IMG/VR virus record: IMGVR_UViG_3300042988_000456
Location: 236 to 64,235 of that record
From: a virus
Taxonomy: Duplodnaviria; Caudoviricetes
DNA length: 64,000 bases
Strand: one strand, 5' to 3'
Positions within the stretch are counted from its first letter, which is position 1, and each line of letters opens with the position of its first letter. The notes beneath the pieces are model-generated. The model made no database searches and was not told where the DNA came from. It saw only the letters and a program-made list of their open reading frames with translations. The position numbers and the translations under genes are program-made. Shown one piece after another: positions 28,101 through 37,524 of this stretch.

Positions 28101-31077
28101 TGATCTTGGCAAGCAAGTTGGCAAACATCCCTTTGGGAGCGCCATTGGCATCAAAATCACCAAAGGCATCAGCAATAGCCTCTTCCCTGATGGCTTCCAT
28201 GTCGTTGCCATAGCGACCCTTGTATGCATCAAAGCGAGAAACGCCTTTCTCCACATACTGCTGCTTCAGGTATTTGTCGATCCAGACGGTGTCTGCTTGA
28301 TGCTGCAACACTTTCCACTGTCCTGCAGTGAAGAATCCCAATTCCTTGAGGGCGTGAATGGTCTCATGCCGCAACACCCGGACTGGGTTGTCTGCGTTTA
28401 AAGCAACCTTGATCAGCTTGTTGGCGTACTCGCCTTCATCTTCCAGATTTCTGTCAACCTTTAGGTCAACTTCCCGGGCACCAAACTTGTCGAGGATTTT
28501 GCGCAGTTGCGCATGGAGAGCTTTTTCCTGTTCGGCAAGGTCAGAGTCCACCTTGGCCTTTTTGGAGGCTTCTACACCGGCAGAGGAGGGTGCCTTGGGC
28601 TTTGCAACACGAAACCCTATGGGCGCAATGAGTTGTTCATGCCTGCGTTGCAGGTCATCAATTTTGCTTTGGATGGCTTTCTTGTTGACTTCATTGGTGG
28701 TGATGGCCCGCTCATGCTCAGGGGTTCCAAATTTCCCCATCGCTTCCATTGCATCAATGCGACGGTCACCGGCTTCCATCCTGCGCTGCAGATCAGAGAT
28801 TTGCTGGGCAATGACCTTGGCTTGACCGTCCCTTATTTTCTTGAAGGTGGCAGCTTTGGCATCGGCAGCCTTTTGGCTAGTCGTTGCATGAAGCACCGTA
28901 TCACCCGATACCACTTCGATCTTGGGAAGTACATTGGGAGCGGCTGCTCCTTGCGGTGCTTGCGAAGCAGAGACAACATGGTTTACACCTTGTTCAATTT
29001 TCAAGTTCTGGGAGTTGGCAATCCGCTGTGCCAGTTCCGGGTCTTCCACAGTTGTGACACGCTCACCCTTGGGATTGACAAGGTGGTACACATCCTTGGG
29101 CTGGATGTCTATGGCACCTTCTTCCCGCGCCTTGCGCAGCAAGGCAAGCACATCCTCTTCACTACGAAGCATGGTGGCCTGCTTGGACATGGCAATGGCA
29201 TCCGGCAAGGTGACTTGCCTGCCAGTGGTTTCCTTCTTGATGCGTGTGATTGCATCGGTGTACTGCCGTTCAGAGAACTGAGTGGCGTTGGTGTGGCTTG
29301 GAAGTACCTGCTCCACTTCATGGGCAGGTGCTGCCTCCAGCACTTTAAACACCGCATGCAGTTGAGGCTGCGACATCTCTGTGATGTCGTGGGTTCCACC
29401 AATACGATGCAGCAACGACTCAAAGCCATCATTGGAGATGGCAATGTTCTTCTCTTTGGCCTTGGCAAAAATGTCTTCGGGCGTCAGCTTGGTGTCGCCT
29501 TTGTACCCCATTCTCTGCGTCAGGATGGAGTCCAGAGCGGCCTGTTCACCCTGTGGGTTTACACGGGTCATTGCCGCTTTGACATCCTCCACGGAATAGG
29601 ATTCCAGCGGGGGAAGGTTCCCGGTACGACGGTAGGTGTTGATCCACTTGGTGACTTCCGGGCCAAGCTCATCCGGTGTAAACCGTCCAACAGGATCGGT
29701 CAGGTAGTCACGAATCTCGGTGGTGCCATATGCAGGTTCTGCAACCGTCTCCTCAACGGATGGGAACTCCATCTCGCTGACACGATTGTGTTCACGGGCC
29801 AACTCTTCCAGAACCGTCTGGTGCTGTTGCAACTTCTCTTCAATGTCCTTATTGAAGAGTTTGTCAGCCTCAGTCGAGTCCTTGGTGACCTCACGCAGTT
29901 GAGACTGCAGTTCAAGCTTCTGCTCTTCTGCGGCCTGATAGTCCTTGATGACCTGTTCGGCGTATTCTGGTGTCTGTTTAAACGCTTCTTCCTGCGCGGC
30001 AGCAGCTTCTTCAGCAGCCTTGGCTGCAGCAGACTCCTGCTGACGCACCTCCTCTGCTTCACGCGCAACTTGGTCACGCGCAGAACTGCGGTCATTCAAT
30101 CTACCTGCAGCACCAATAGGGCCAAGCAGGGACACTTGGTATGCCGTCTCACCATATTCCTTCATGGCATCGGCATCGGTCAACGATAAACCAGCCTGTG
30201 CCCGCTCCAGCATCTGTTGAGCAACCTCAGTCGGAACTTCGGCAAGAATACCTGTGCCAGTGCCTTTCAACAAGGTTGCAGCAAGACGTTCCTCTGCCAG
30301 CTTGGCAACCTGAGCAGAATTCTGTCCAAGCAGTCGCTCAACCGGAATGCCGGTCAGCTTGCTGACAAATTTGCCTCCCAATGGGACAAAGGTGGCAATC
30401 GTGTCCAGACCGGCTGCAGGCACTGCAGCCAATGCAGCCTTGGACACATCCACGTTTACAGGTAGACCAGCTTCTTTTTGCTCCTGAGCCTGCCGCTGCT
30501 CCATGCCACCAAGCATTTGAACGTAGCTTGGTGCAAACGCACCTAGTGCGCCACCTGCAACACCACCAACCAACTTTCCAACCGGCCCTCCCAAGGTTCC
30601 AATAGTGGAACCCAGCTTTGCACCAGCCCAAGCACCAGACGCAGCAGCACCCATAGAGGGTGCGTTTTCTGCCAGCATATGTGGTGCTTGTGTTGCCACT
30701 TCCTTTGCTGCAGCTAGGACACCATCCTTGTTGTACGCATCGGATACACGATCAAGTCCAACTCGCGAAGGCAAACGCTCTTCAAGCTCTGCACCGCGCT
30801 GTAAACCTTCCTCTGCAGCAACATTGGCATCACCAAAGGCTGCTCCTGCAGCCGTCTTGGCACTGGACACCATTGACTCAATGCCACGGGATAAAGACCC
30901 CATGAGACCAGTTTCTTCTTTGGGCTTGGCTTGGACGGGGGCTGGTGGCCTTACTTCCTCATCCGGCACATACAACATCTGCAGCTTGCGAGCATACTGG
31001 GTCAGTTTAAACGCAGCATCCTCATCGCCAGCGGCTTCTGCACGTTTGGCGGCGTTCAAGACATCAGATATTTGCAT
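22174..31077 (-). CDS. Giant polyvalent internal virion (ejection) protein, 2967 aa
   Basis: Last gene of the virion module; contains HETIH zincin, ART-like, Cx5Cx3C Gp88-like, ART-PolyVal-like (PLVVYHGS...GFWFS), Cys-His-Asp, ParB/Srx-like (EGNHRI) and LPD38-like C-terminal segments. Confidence 0.85.
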   Translation of the reverse strand: MQISDVLNAAKRAEAAGDEDAAFKLTQYARKLQMLYVPDEEVRPPAPVQAKPKEETGLMGSLSRGIESMVSSAKTAAGAAFGDANVAAEEGLQRGAELEERLPSRVGLDRVSDAYNKDGVLAAAKEVATQAPHMLAENAPSMGAAASGAWAGAKLGSTIGTLGGPVGKLVGGVAGGALGAFAPSYVQMLGGMEQRQAQEQKEAGLPVNVDVSKAALAAVPAAGLDTIATFVPLGGKFVSKLTGIPVERLLGQNSAQVAKLAEERLAATLLKGTGTGILAEVPTEVAQQMLERAQAGLSLTDADAMKEYGETAYQVSLLGPIGAAGRLNDRSSARDQVAREAEEVRQQESAAAKAAEEAAAAQEEAFKQTPEYAEQVIKDYQAAEEQKLELQSQLREVTKDSTEADKLFNKDIEEKLQQHQTVLEELAREHNRVSEMEFPSVEETVAEPAYGTTEIRDYLTDPVGRFTPDELGPEVTKWINTYRRTGNLPPLESYSVEDVKAAMTRVNPQGEQAALDSILTQRMGYKGDTKLTPEDIFAKAKEKNIAISNDGFESLLHRIGGTHDITEMSQPQLHAVFKVLEAAPAHEVEQVLPSHTNATQFSERQYTDAITRIKKETTGRQVTLPDAIAMSKQATMLRSEEDVLALLRKAREEGAIDIQPKDVYHLVNPKGERVTTVEDPELAQRIANSQNLKIEQGVNHVVSASQAPQGAAAPNVLPKIEVVSGDTVLHATTSQKAADAKAATFKKIRDGQAKVIAQQISDLQRRMEAGDRRIDAMEAMGKFGTPEHERAITTNEVNKKAIQSKIDDLQRRHEQLIAPIGFRVAKPKAPSSAGVEASKKAKVDSDLAEQEKALHAQLRKILDKFGAREVDLKVDRNLEDEGEYANKLIKVALNADNPVRVLRHETIHALKELGFFTAGQWKVLQHQADTVWIDKYLKQQYVEKGVSRFDAYKGRYGNDMEAIREEAIADAFGDFDANGAPKGMFANLLAKIKQFFEALSNSLRGAEFTTSSKIFTKVEQGDLRPVQVDTTTASSTKPSIRNQWKATPAELVKAEKYEEENGILPYTSAGPIDFPVRYSIKTVNPKKPYGVHPLSGVPLNKDGTMTVYFHTTKEMALQISRTKVIPSEGRDRIYVTNESNGAETLRNRGNFDHEFNGSTVLLNVNPDFLQMDQKFDNGRVDFYIPTGHGKAFAKKMNLQSIQKSRHEAITDEFNYKDHEDRISKAVAQYKAITNKKDRAAFAKKARNLLKSEHNVSTLMTENGKLEKTRTNDYTDLLDIDKGVASMGLGLASAQKITDKSNTCARSAICEGLCLGETSGGNFMFGGAAMEDVGDIEKSAFRAAARMMQYLKTEALIMHPEEFAIVLQHEIELFSEWATAETERKKVDGKMVRAPKEIFQPAFRLNVTSDFKPEMWRGIIEGNPDAMFYDYTKLGSESIAPNHHLTYSSTGFGQIVNGEKVFFKNKKGDYDHNWATMRRRLNDGQNVAMAFSSKSAMPKFLHDEETGVTYAVLNGDDYDARFIDDKSFLKAKQGGKGVIVGLKNKAGNLSEKTSTQKTGGFFVNYNPKTDGDTVTVPNQEQFKRKVFPIAKASLRTAPDTPEFKRWFGNSKVVDADGKPLVVYHGSPERDFHVFDLDKVNPNDPDGPYNGFWFSSDFENADSSGRYPWGRPNATNPQTRAFYISLKNPATRAQARSVAREIADTWRDTGAPTLQVATRLELERRGFDGVIHDPYVSPSKAEFERNGRVKLGKSKGELVASENGGVDYYEDGDFITGYMDFDNAVKQLGSGTFAVFRPEQIKSAAGNSGAFNPKNPDIRYSLRTAPSTVSEFKQAIAPVKNELYSHILDVTGSGPLDGGCITFAKSLKNVIGGDLVSLTRRDGSADHAVVSLDGKFYDIDGPLPPGKFIQRFNRLESADVTGFRSFRESDLPNATHFEDAELTEILSKALTGKASLRSAPKFYEDIPNDRWLQGKVDYAAKAPRSQFGVPKMQSVTGSFNRPVMVPVSIAKTVPGQNGEQQRVRKDDLAAIRKIMRETGKLPLTDSGKEYAPFVMIGYDGQPWVSEGNHRIMAAAAEGWDSIPIEVRYYDGGQRNAGIWSPESLQKMEDESTPDTGKKYSLKSNINPAAWNRIQATTTPRQVEGFMDRIINATSPKAFSYFRQKALNRYQTLGEYERHLAKLNGGIERLADSNAESAALMSDNSAAVAAAAMGLGSKGGIPVYRNGMTTVDTSTKGLLDIFLPLAKYNDPDVYRTYQYWAAVQRGSKYIINPATGKYKEELFTRDDIKHAADILQKFPEFKDIRNEWLTYNNGLVKYMQDTGLISAAAAKTFVEHADYFPFYRQLEEDETIGPRISNSIAGVPGIKTAKGGDAALADMLETVVRNTQSAINMGMKNTAALKAADLATQLGMAHRLPTPTAGVHHMTVLENGKKVSYYVDDPMFLDSVKSLNMPELPFMSLLSAPSNFLRNVVTKDPGFILANMMRDAVSAYVTSGANITPVTSTLSNFGKALFKRSPVYEALRNAGVFGGYEMSKGIEQSGKAFGDALRRKGGQKTKGDYAWGLWDQLEQATEASDAATRMAVYEDTLKRTGNEAEAIFRSMEVMNFGRKGSSALVRIATAAIPFLNARMQGLDIFFRSGIRPLYAKDATEYEKRICKSFMVRGLMLMSLSVMYAAQMAGDDDYERQEEETRDNNWIVHVPGMETPVKIPIPFEVGLLFKTLPERIYRYAFGNDTADDLMLAGRRAVMGTLAINPVPQAVLPIAENVVNYSAFTGREVVSGAMKDIAPEYQATGNTALWAQQLGKELGMSPIKLEHAYKGYTGTMGMYVSDLFDAMINEYSDIPKPDKRFEQTPVLKRFLADPEARGTISAYYRLKDEVDEVVRTVNLLKGQGGEELGQYWEKNQKLYAIRSYMSSLNQTMKSLSDRATLIRASDMSGEQKRDMLLEITKQQNELTNNIKAVAKMARSD

Positions 31078-31086
31078 GCTGCTCTC

Positions 31087-32856
31087 TTATTGGAAGTATT
31101 GATCTGTGCCCGCTGGCACCTGCTTGAGAGCCTCATTGTATTGACTGCGGCGCACGTTTCGCAAAGATTCTGCAATCATCTGGTCGCGCAAGGCAAGCTT
31201 CTGTTCCGCAGGTACGGTGAAGTACTTGGGATCATTCTCCATCAATTCTTTCCATGCCTTGGTTGCGTCTGCAATGGTTTGCTTCTCAAGTGCAGCAATC
31301 GTTTTCTCGCCAGACAAAGCAGCGGCTGCATTGGCGTCATAGTAGCGGGCATGTGCGCCGTACAGCTTCTCTTCCATCTTCTGCTTGCGTTCTGCAGCAG
31401 CCCGTGCAGCAGCTTTGTCGCGACCAGACAAGACACTTTCACCAGCCTCAGACAGGGCATGCTGCCAGTGCGGTGATTTGCTGCCAAGTAAGCCAAGACC
31501 CAAGCGCAGCCAGTCATCCTGACTGAAACTGGAGCCAGACTCCTCTTTTGCCTTGGCTGCTTGTGCAGCCGCAGCAGCAGGCATGTTTAAACCTTTGCCG
31601 GGAGCCATGACACTTGGATCAACCCCTGCACCGCCAAATCCTGTACGGGACGATGGAGTTGCAGGCACGGGGTGGCGACTCAGCAAACTCTGCGTCTCTG
31701 CGTTGGCGGCATCAGGATTAACACCTCTTGCAGGCTCAGTGTTCTGTGATGCTGTGCCAAAGCGAAGAACGTTCTGCACCACATCATCCTTGGGCACACC
31801 CGATGACTGGGCTTGTTTGCGGCGCAGCATCTCCAACTGCAGACCAGTCAGACCGGATGCTTCTGCTGCGCGAGCATACGCAGGCGAATGGGGATTGGAG
31901 AGCAAATCAGGAAATGCTTTGACGATCTCATCGTCAATGGCACCTTGAGACTTGGGAGCGGCAGGTTGTGCGGCATTGGCGGATGCCATAGGCAGCATCT
32001 TTGTCATCAAACTGGCAATGCTCTTGCCATATGTCAATGTATCTGGGGCGTCTGGGTTCTTCTTGTCTTTGCGTGATTTTCCTTCTGCAGCAGCTTTCAT
32101 TGCGCCCGGGCCACCGTAGTAAAACGCTCCTCCAAGCACAGGGTCGCGGCCTGCTTGATTGAATCCTTTGACGGCATAACGCACACCAGCCCGTGCCATG
32201 TCGTACTTATTGGATGGATCAAGTGCGTTATCAACGTTTACATCTTTGAATGCAATCGGCGTTACTTGCATGTGTCCAACCGCACCACGGTTGGAGGTGG
32301 AGACGTTTTTGCCAGATGATGACTCTTGGTGGTAAATTGCTTTGATAAAAGCAATTTCCTCTGGGTCGGAGATTCCTTCTGCTTGGATGGCAACATCCAC
32401 GGGGTCGGATTGGCCTTCACCGGCATTGCCAAAGCGACCACCGCCATTGGCGAAGGCAACCATTCCACCACCAGCCATGCGAGGTTCATAGTTGTCCGTC
32501 AGTGGGCCACCGCCACCTGCGTAATTGAATTCATCGTACCCAACGATTCCGCCTTCAGCCATGTTCTGCATGTTCTGCACTGGCAGTTGCGCAATGCCAC
32601 TGTCTTCAGGCAATTGAGCCATGCTCTGCAACGCTTGATCCACAACCTTGGGTTGTTCCTGTTGATGCTGTTCAGCCGCAGCCCGCATTTGCTTGCGGCG
32701 ATTGCTTTCGGCAAACGCCAAAGACATGGTGTACGGATCATCCTTGTGCATGGCTGCATATTGCTGCAAAGACTGATCCGGCATCCTTGCCAGCATGGTG
32801 GACAAGCTGTTGGCGTCAGGAACCTTTTGTTGGGCTTGAATGGATGGGTACTGCAT
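31087..32856 (-). CDS. Internal virion protein with lytic transglycosylase (SLT) domain
   Basis: QESSSG...SNRGAVGHMQV...YYGGPG SLT motifs. Confidence 0.8.
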   Translation of the reverse strand: MQYPSIQAQQKVPDANSLSTMLARMPDQSLQQYAAMHKDDPYTMSLAFAESNRRKQMRAAAEQHQQEQPKVVDQALQSMAQLPEDSGIAQLPVQNMQNMAEGGIVGYDEFNYAGGGGPLTDNYEPRMAGGGMVAFANGGGRFGNAGEGQSDPVDVAIQAEGISDPEEIAFIKAIYHQESSSGKNVSTSNRGAVGHMQVTPIAFKDVNVDNALDPSNKYDMARAGVRYAVKGFNQAGRDPVLGGAFYYGGPGAMKAAAEGKSRKDKKNPDAPDTLTYGKSIASLMTKMLPMASANAAQPAAPKSQGAIDDEIVKAFPDLLSNPHSPAYARAAEASGLTGLQLEMLRRKQAQSSGVPKDDVVQNVLRFGTASQNTEPARGVNPDAANAETQSLLSRHPVPATPSSRTGFGGAGVDPSVMAPGKGLNMPAAAAAQAAKAKEESGSSFSQDDWLRLGLGLLGSKSPHWQHALSEAGESVLSGRDKAAARAAAERKQKMEEKLYGAHARYYDANAAAALSGEKTIAALEKQTIADATKAWKELMENDPKYFTVPAEQKLALRDQMIAESLRNVRRSQYNEALKQVPAGTDQYFQ

Positions 32857-32865
32857 GTTTAAACC

Positions 32866-34704
32866 TTACATCTGGCTGAGTGCCAACACATTTAGCCCTG
32901 CGTTGCTGGGTCGGTTGCGAATCATGCCACCGGTCTTGCGAGACAAGCCTTGAGCCAATGAGCCAAGACCAGCCACTGTCTGCAAGGTGGACGGGCCTGC
33001 GGTGTATGCAGTCGATCCGGTTTGCGACAATGGCGCTCCACGCAAGATGTCGGACATGAAACTCATCTGGCGATAGGGATAGTTCATCTCATTCTGATAA
33101 TCCCGGATGTTGGAATTGATCAGGTTCTGAGCTTGCTGCTGCTGCTGACCGCCCAAGGCGTTCATCAGGTTGATGTTGCCAGTGGTTTGCCCGTAGATGT
33201 TCTGGCCCAGTGAGCCAAGCGCACCATAGGCACCCAAACCGCCCTGCAAAGCCTGCAGGCCATAGTTGGCACCAAACTGTTGCTGGTTGGTGTTGAGTTG
33301 ATTCGCAGCCTGACCGAACTGCGCTGCACTGTTTGCAGCGTTTAAATTCTGACCGGCGTTAAACTGATTGGCTTGGTTACCAGCAGCTTGGTTGGCAAGG
33401 TTGGCCTGCTGTTCCCATCCGGCGTTGCTTAAGCCATACTGACCCTGCAATGCCTGATTAGCTTGGTTTGCTTGCTGTTGAAAGCCCGCATTTGCCAAAC
33501 TAAATTGGTTCTGCGCAGCTTGGTTAGCCATGTTGGCTTGCTGTTGGTTGCTCAGGTTTGCCAAACCAAATTGGCCTTGCATCTGTTGATTGGCAAGGTT
33601 TGCCTGATTGCCATACCCTGCATTTGCCAAAGCAAACTGAGCCTGTGTTGCTTGATTAGTCTGATTGGCTTGCTGTTGATTTCCCAGATTGGCAAGGGCC
33701 ATCTGTTGACCAAGGTTGGCACCCAACTGCTGTGTCGCCAGATTGGCGTTTAAGTTTTGAGTGCCAGTGGTCAAACCGGCGTTTTGATTGGACTGCTGTG
33801 CCGTCAGGCCACGACCCTGATCTGCATTGAACTGCTGCTGCGCTTGTGTAAACGCATTCTGCAGACCGGTGGCTTCAATGTCGCCCTTTTGCAAGGCCAA
33901 CTCGCGAGCAGCCTCCGCATCCATGATGGCTTGACGGCTACCGCCAAAAGCGCCAGCACCAGTGGCTGCAGCATTGCGCTGAGTGGTGGCAATGTTGGCT
34001 TGACGCTCTGCATCGCGCTGTTGCTTGTTGATGACGCTCTGGACATACGGAGACATGTACTGCTCCGCTTGCGTTTGTCCAAAGTTTTGAGAACGCACCT
34101 GCTGCGGCCCACTCATCTGGTATTGCTGCAGCGAGTTCGGATTGAAATTGCCTCGCGCCGCTTGCATTTGCGGCGCAGCACCTAGTCGCTCTGCTTGCGT
34201 TAGAGGAGCGGCACCTGACTGAGCAGCCGTGACATTCTCTGCCCTACCTGCACTTGCGGCTTGCATCGTTGGGGCAACCCCCGCGCTGGCGGCATTCGTA
34301 TTCTGTGCGTTGTAATTGAAGTCGCCGTTTGAATCAAATTGATTGTTGTAACGGTCACCCTGATACTGCATGTTGCCCATGCGTTGGGCAAGGCTTTCAA
34401 GACCTGTGGCGGCAGTGAGGGAGCGGGGGTCTATCCCCAGATTGGCTGCATTGCCAAATGCCTGCTGTTGCAGGCCGGAGAAGCCTGCAACCTGATCTCC
34501 AGACAAGCCTTCTCGACTAGCCCAGTCGGCATAGCTGTTGTACGGGATGCCGGTGGTTCCATCTACCCAGTTGCCATTCTCATCATTGTGACCGGGGGTG
34601 CCAAAGACTGCATCAGATGCAGCACCCATCAACGTTTGGGCATACGGCTCAATAACAGGCGAAAAGCCTATTTGATTCTGGACTACTTGTGTCGGTTCTG
34701 CCAT
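32866..34704 (-). CDS. Q/N/A/G-rich internal virion (DNA transfer/pilot-like) protein
   Basis: YMSPYVQSVI, GAFGGSRQAI motifs and repeated QQANxAN units. Confidence 0.7.
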   Translation of the reverse strand: MAEPTQVVQNQIGFSPVIEPYAQTLMGAASDAVFGTPGHNDENGNWVDGTTGIPYNSYADWASREGLSGDQVAGFSGLQQQAFGNAANLGIDPRSLTAATGLESLAQRMGNMQYQGDRYNNQFDSNGDFNYNAQNTNAASAGVAPTMQAASAGRAENVTAAQSGAAPLTQAERLGAAPQMQAARGNFNPNSLQQYQMSGPQQVRSQNFGQTQAEQYMSPYVQSVINKQQRDAERQANIATTQRNAAATGAGAFGGSRQAIMDAEAARELALQKGDIEATGLQNAFTQAQQQFNADQGRGLTAQQSNQNAGLTTGTQNLNANLATQQLGANLGQQMALANLGNQQQANQTNQATQAQFALANAGYGNQANLANQQMQGQFGLANLSNQQQANMANQAAQNQFSLANAGFQQQANQANQALQGQYGLSNAGWEQQANLANQAAGNQANQFNAGQNLNAANSAAQFGQAANQLNTNQQQFGANYGLQALQGGLGAYGALGSLGQNIYGQTTGNINLMNALGGQQQQQAQNLINSNIRDYQNEMNYPYRQMSFMSDILRGAPLSQTGSTAYTAGPSTLQTVAGLGSLAQGLSRKTGGMIRNRPSNAGLNVLALSQM

Positions 34705-34713
34705 GTCTACTCC

Positions 34714-36846
34714 TTAAGCAGGCAGGAACTTGTCGGACTTGCTGTTTACAGCAGTCCTGTTCTTGCCAATGGTTTTTGCACGATTTGCCTGCACTCGCGC
34801 CATCATCTTGTACAGTTTTCTGGCACCTGCTTCAGTGGAGCCATTGCCCAACTCAGAGACGATGCGAGCAGGAATGACAAACTCACCATCCGCCAAGCGG
34901 GCGGGTTGACCATTGCCTATGGTGGCGGGAATGGAGTCGGAGACGCCATCACCCGGGCCGCGCAGCAACCTGCCGCCATCAGAGAATGATCCCAAGCTAC
35001 CCAGCCCTCCGGTGGCAAAAGATGCAAAACCTCCTGCAGCATAGCCTTCCCCGCCTTCGCCGGGGGCGTGACCAATTCCTCCATTGTTGGAGTTGCCGTC
35101 ACCGTAGTTGCCGCCTTCGCCGGGGTCATGTCCAACGCCACCATATCCACCAGCCCTGCTGCCGGAATTACGGGCACCACCACCTCCACGCACCCCAGAG
35201 TTGTCTGGCGCAGATGGCGCATTGGAAGGAGCCGCAGCACCTGCTTTGGCGGCGTCATCCTTCAACTTCTGCGCAGCTTTTTGAGATTGGTTTACAGCAT
35301 CAGGCAGCTTGCGATCTGCAGCGCCAGTGCCCTTCCACTTGGCATTTTGTGTAAACGGGTTCTTGCCCTTGCCCATGAGGTAGGCGTAGACATCCATTGT
35401 GTCATTGCCAGTGGCGGGGTTAAGGATTGGGCGAGTGCCATTGTTGATCATGTCTTGCCAGTTCTGAACGGCAGAGACGCCCCACTGGCTATGGCTGTTA
35501 TTGAGGGGATGCGACGGACTCAAAGTGCTTTGAGTCTGCCCTTTCCACGGGCCGCTTTCGTCACTGCCATAAAAAGACCCATCTGCATTCCAATGTAAAC
35601 CTGCAAAGCCTTCTTTGGCTCCTCCTGCGCGAAGCTGTTGTGCAATTTGCTCCAAGGTCTTGCCGGTAGCTTTTGCAATGTCTTCTGCGTTTACACCAAA
35701 TTTAGACATCTCATCCATGTGATCAGCCATCGATTTGTTGGTGTCATTCCAACCACCGGCAATGGTTCGCAGACGGTTAGGATCGTCTCTGCCAGTCCAA
35801 GCGTCCGTGTCACTCTGGGTATTGGAGGTCTGATTGGTATTTGGCAAGGTCTGTGTAATGTCTTGCTGTTGTGCGATCACGGGTTTTGCACCGCCAACTG
35901 TCACAAATGGACTTGTATCTTGTGCCACCGCAGCATCACGCTCCGCAACGCGCTTATCAAGCTCCGCTTGCGCAGCTTGACCGGCGTCAGACCAAGGTGA
36001 ATCTCCAACCGCAGGATTGAGGGCAGCTCTACGATTCTGGCGCTCAATCTCAGCAATCGCTTGCTCACGCCCCATAGGAGCAACAAGTCCGCCTGTCAGT
36101 GGATTGGTTTGGGTCTTTTGCCACGCCAAAAACTGATCAATCTCTGCATCAGTGACGCCGCCATCGGCGTACCCAACATAACCACCTTGCGCCATTCCCG
36201 TTGGATAGCCTTCAGAGACCGGCCTGCTGCCGGTTCGGGTGTAGGTGCCATCAGAGTTCCAGTGACCAAACTGGAAACGCCCAGATGGCGCAGCCAATGA
36301 CGGCAATCCACCTTGCTCCTTTTCGTTTGCCATCATAATGGGCAATGCTGCAGCACCCAGTGCTTTCCAGTTCTTGGACAGGAAGTCACCGCCATGTTCG
36401 GACATGAAGTCCAGCGGGTTGCCTGCTGCGGCCTTGAGTCCAGCATCAAACATATCTCGCTTGGTGGCTTCACCAATGGCTGCAGTTTTGGCAGAGATCA
36501 GTTCGTCTGCAGTGGGGGTGAGTCCGTTTGCTATGGCTTGATTGCTGGCATCGCTCACTGCACTGGAGCCAATGGCTTCGGAGCCGGTTCCTTCCAGCAG
36601 GCTGGACAAGCCTCCACCAAGGCTTGCGCCTCCATAGGCGGACAAACCAGCCATGAGACCGGCCTGCATATCATGCGACAGCAGACCTTGAATTCCACCA
36701 ACGGTAAGTCCAGCCATGCCGGAACCCATGAGGCCAAAGCCTCCGGGGCCAAGGGCAAAACCTGCTGCAACAGGGGCTAATTGGGCACCCCAGCCCTTAC
36801 TGCTATCGGTTCCCAGTGCATGGGAAACGTCATCTAAAAAGCTCAT
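34714..36846 (-). CDS. Internal virion protein
   Basis: Gly/Ala-rich N-terminus; C-terminal GPGDGVSDSIPA...LADGEFVIPA motif. Confidence 0.7.
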   Translation of the reverse strand: MSFLDDVSHALGTDSSKGWGAQLAPVAAGFALGPGGFGLMGSGMAGLTVGGIQGLLSHDMQAGLMAGLSAYGGASLGGGLSSLLEGTGSEAIGSSAVSDASNQAIANGLTPTADELISAKTAAIGEATKRDMFDAGLKAAAGNPLDFMSEHGGDFLSKNWKALGAAALPIMMANEKEQGGLPSLAAPSGRFQFGHWNSDGTYTRTGSRPVSEGYPTGMAQGGYVGYADGGVTDAEIDQFLAWQKTQTNPLTGGLVAPMGREQAIAEIERQNRRAALNPAVGDSPWSDAGQAAQAELDKRVAERDAAVAQDTSPFVTVGGAKPVIAQQQDITQTLPNTNQTSNTQSDTDAWTGRDDPNRLRTIAGGWNDTNKSMADHMDEMSKFGVNAEDIAKATGKTLEQIAQQLRAGGAKEGFAGLHWNADGSFYGSDESGPWKGQTQSTLSPSHPLNNSHSQWGVSAVQNWQDMINNGTRPILNPATGNDTMDVYAYLMGKGKNPFTQNAKWKGTGAADRKLPDAVNQSQKAAQKLKDDAAKAGAAAPSNAPSAPDNSGVRGGGGARNSGSRAGGYGGVGHDPGEGGNYGDGNSNNGGIGHAPGEGGEGYAAGGFASFATGGLGSLGSFSDGGRLLRGPGDGVSDSIPATIGNGQPARLADGEFVIPARIVSELGNGSTEAGARKLYKMMARVQANRAKTIGKNRTAVNSKSDKFLPA

Positions 36847-36876
36847 GGGAACCCCCGTTTAAACCAAGAAAGTTTA

Positions 36877-37524
36877 TCACTTCGACTGACTTGAGACAAA
36901 TGAAACAGTCACGACACTGGACGGAATGCTGGGTCGCGTAAAAGGAGATGCGGAAGATGCATACGCCTCAATATTGATGGTCGCTGAATTTGCTGCAACC
37001 ACCAACTCAATATAGTCTTCACCAACCAACTCGACAAAGAAGTTTGCAACGCCCAACATGTAGCCGTTAATACCACCATGTGCAGCATGGACAGATACGG
37101 TACTTGCTGTGCCTGCAATATCTGTTCCGTTCTTTCTCAACCAAATCCACACCTCCCGGGCCTGACCGGTGTCGGTGTTTTCCAATTGCAGGCTGAACTG
37201 CACGTTGTAAATGCCACTCTGATCAACGGTGATTTGATTGGAGTCTAACGATGTGCCATTGGCATGATCGGTGGTGTTGAGCGTGACCACATATGCCGTG
37301 TTGGCTGCTGCCAACGATTGTGTTGCATCGTTGCTGAATGCGCCATATGGGTTGTTTAAATACTGACCACCTTGGCGCCCAAGAAGACCGGCAAAGTCAT
37401 TGTCGATCTGCGAAAAATAGATGTTCAGGATTCGCATGAGCGAATCCGTTGCCCCGCGATTGTATTCCTCTGTTGCCACCGGCAAGCGAGGAGCAATCGT
37501 TGGGATTAGCGGTCTGTATGTCAT
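36877..37524 (-). CDS. Tail-associated protein with beta-sandwich (C1q/TNF-like) C-terminus
   Basis: GIYNVQFSLQL...WLRKNG...DYIEL; located after the nozzle gene. Confidence 0.6.
   Translation of the reverse strand: MTYRPLIPTIAPRLPVATEEYNRGATDSLMRILNIYFSQIDNDFAGLLGRQGGQYLNNPYGAFSNDATQSLAAANTAYVVTLNTTDHANGTSLDSNQITVDQSGIYNVQFSLQLENTDTGQAREVWIWLRKNGTDIAGTASTVSVHAAHGGINGYMLGVANFFVELVGEDYIELVVAANSATINIEAYASSASPFTRPSIPSSVVTVSFVSSQSK

Noticed and set aside
28507-30189. 560-aa plus-strand ORF and many other antisense ORFs in the track
   Set aside because: Shadow frames opposite well-supported genes, with no motifs or RBS.
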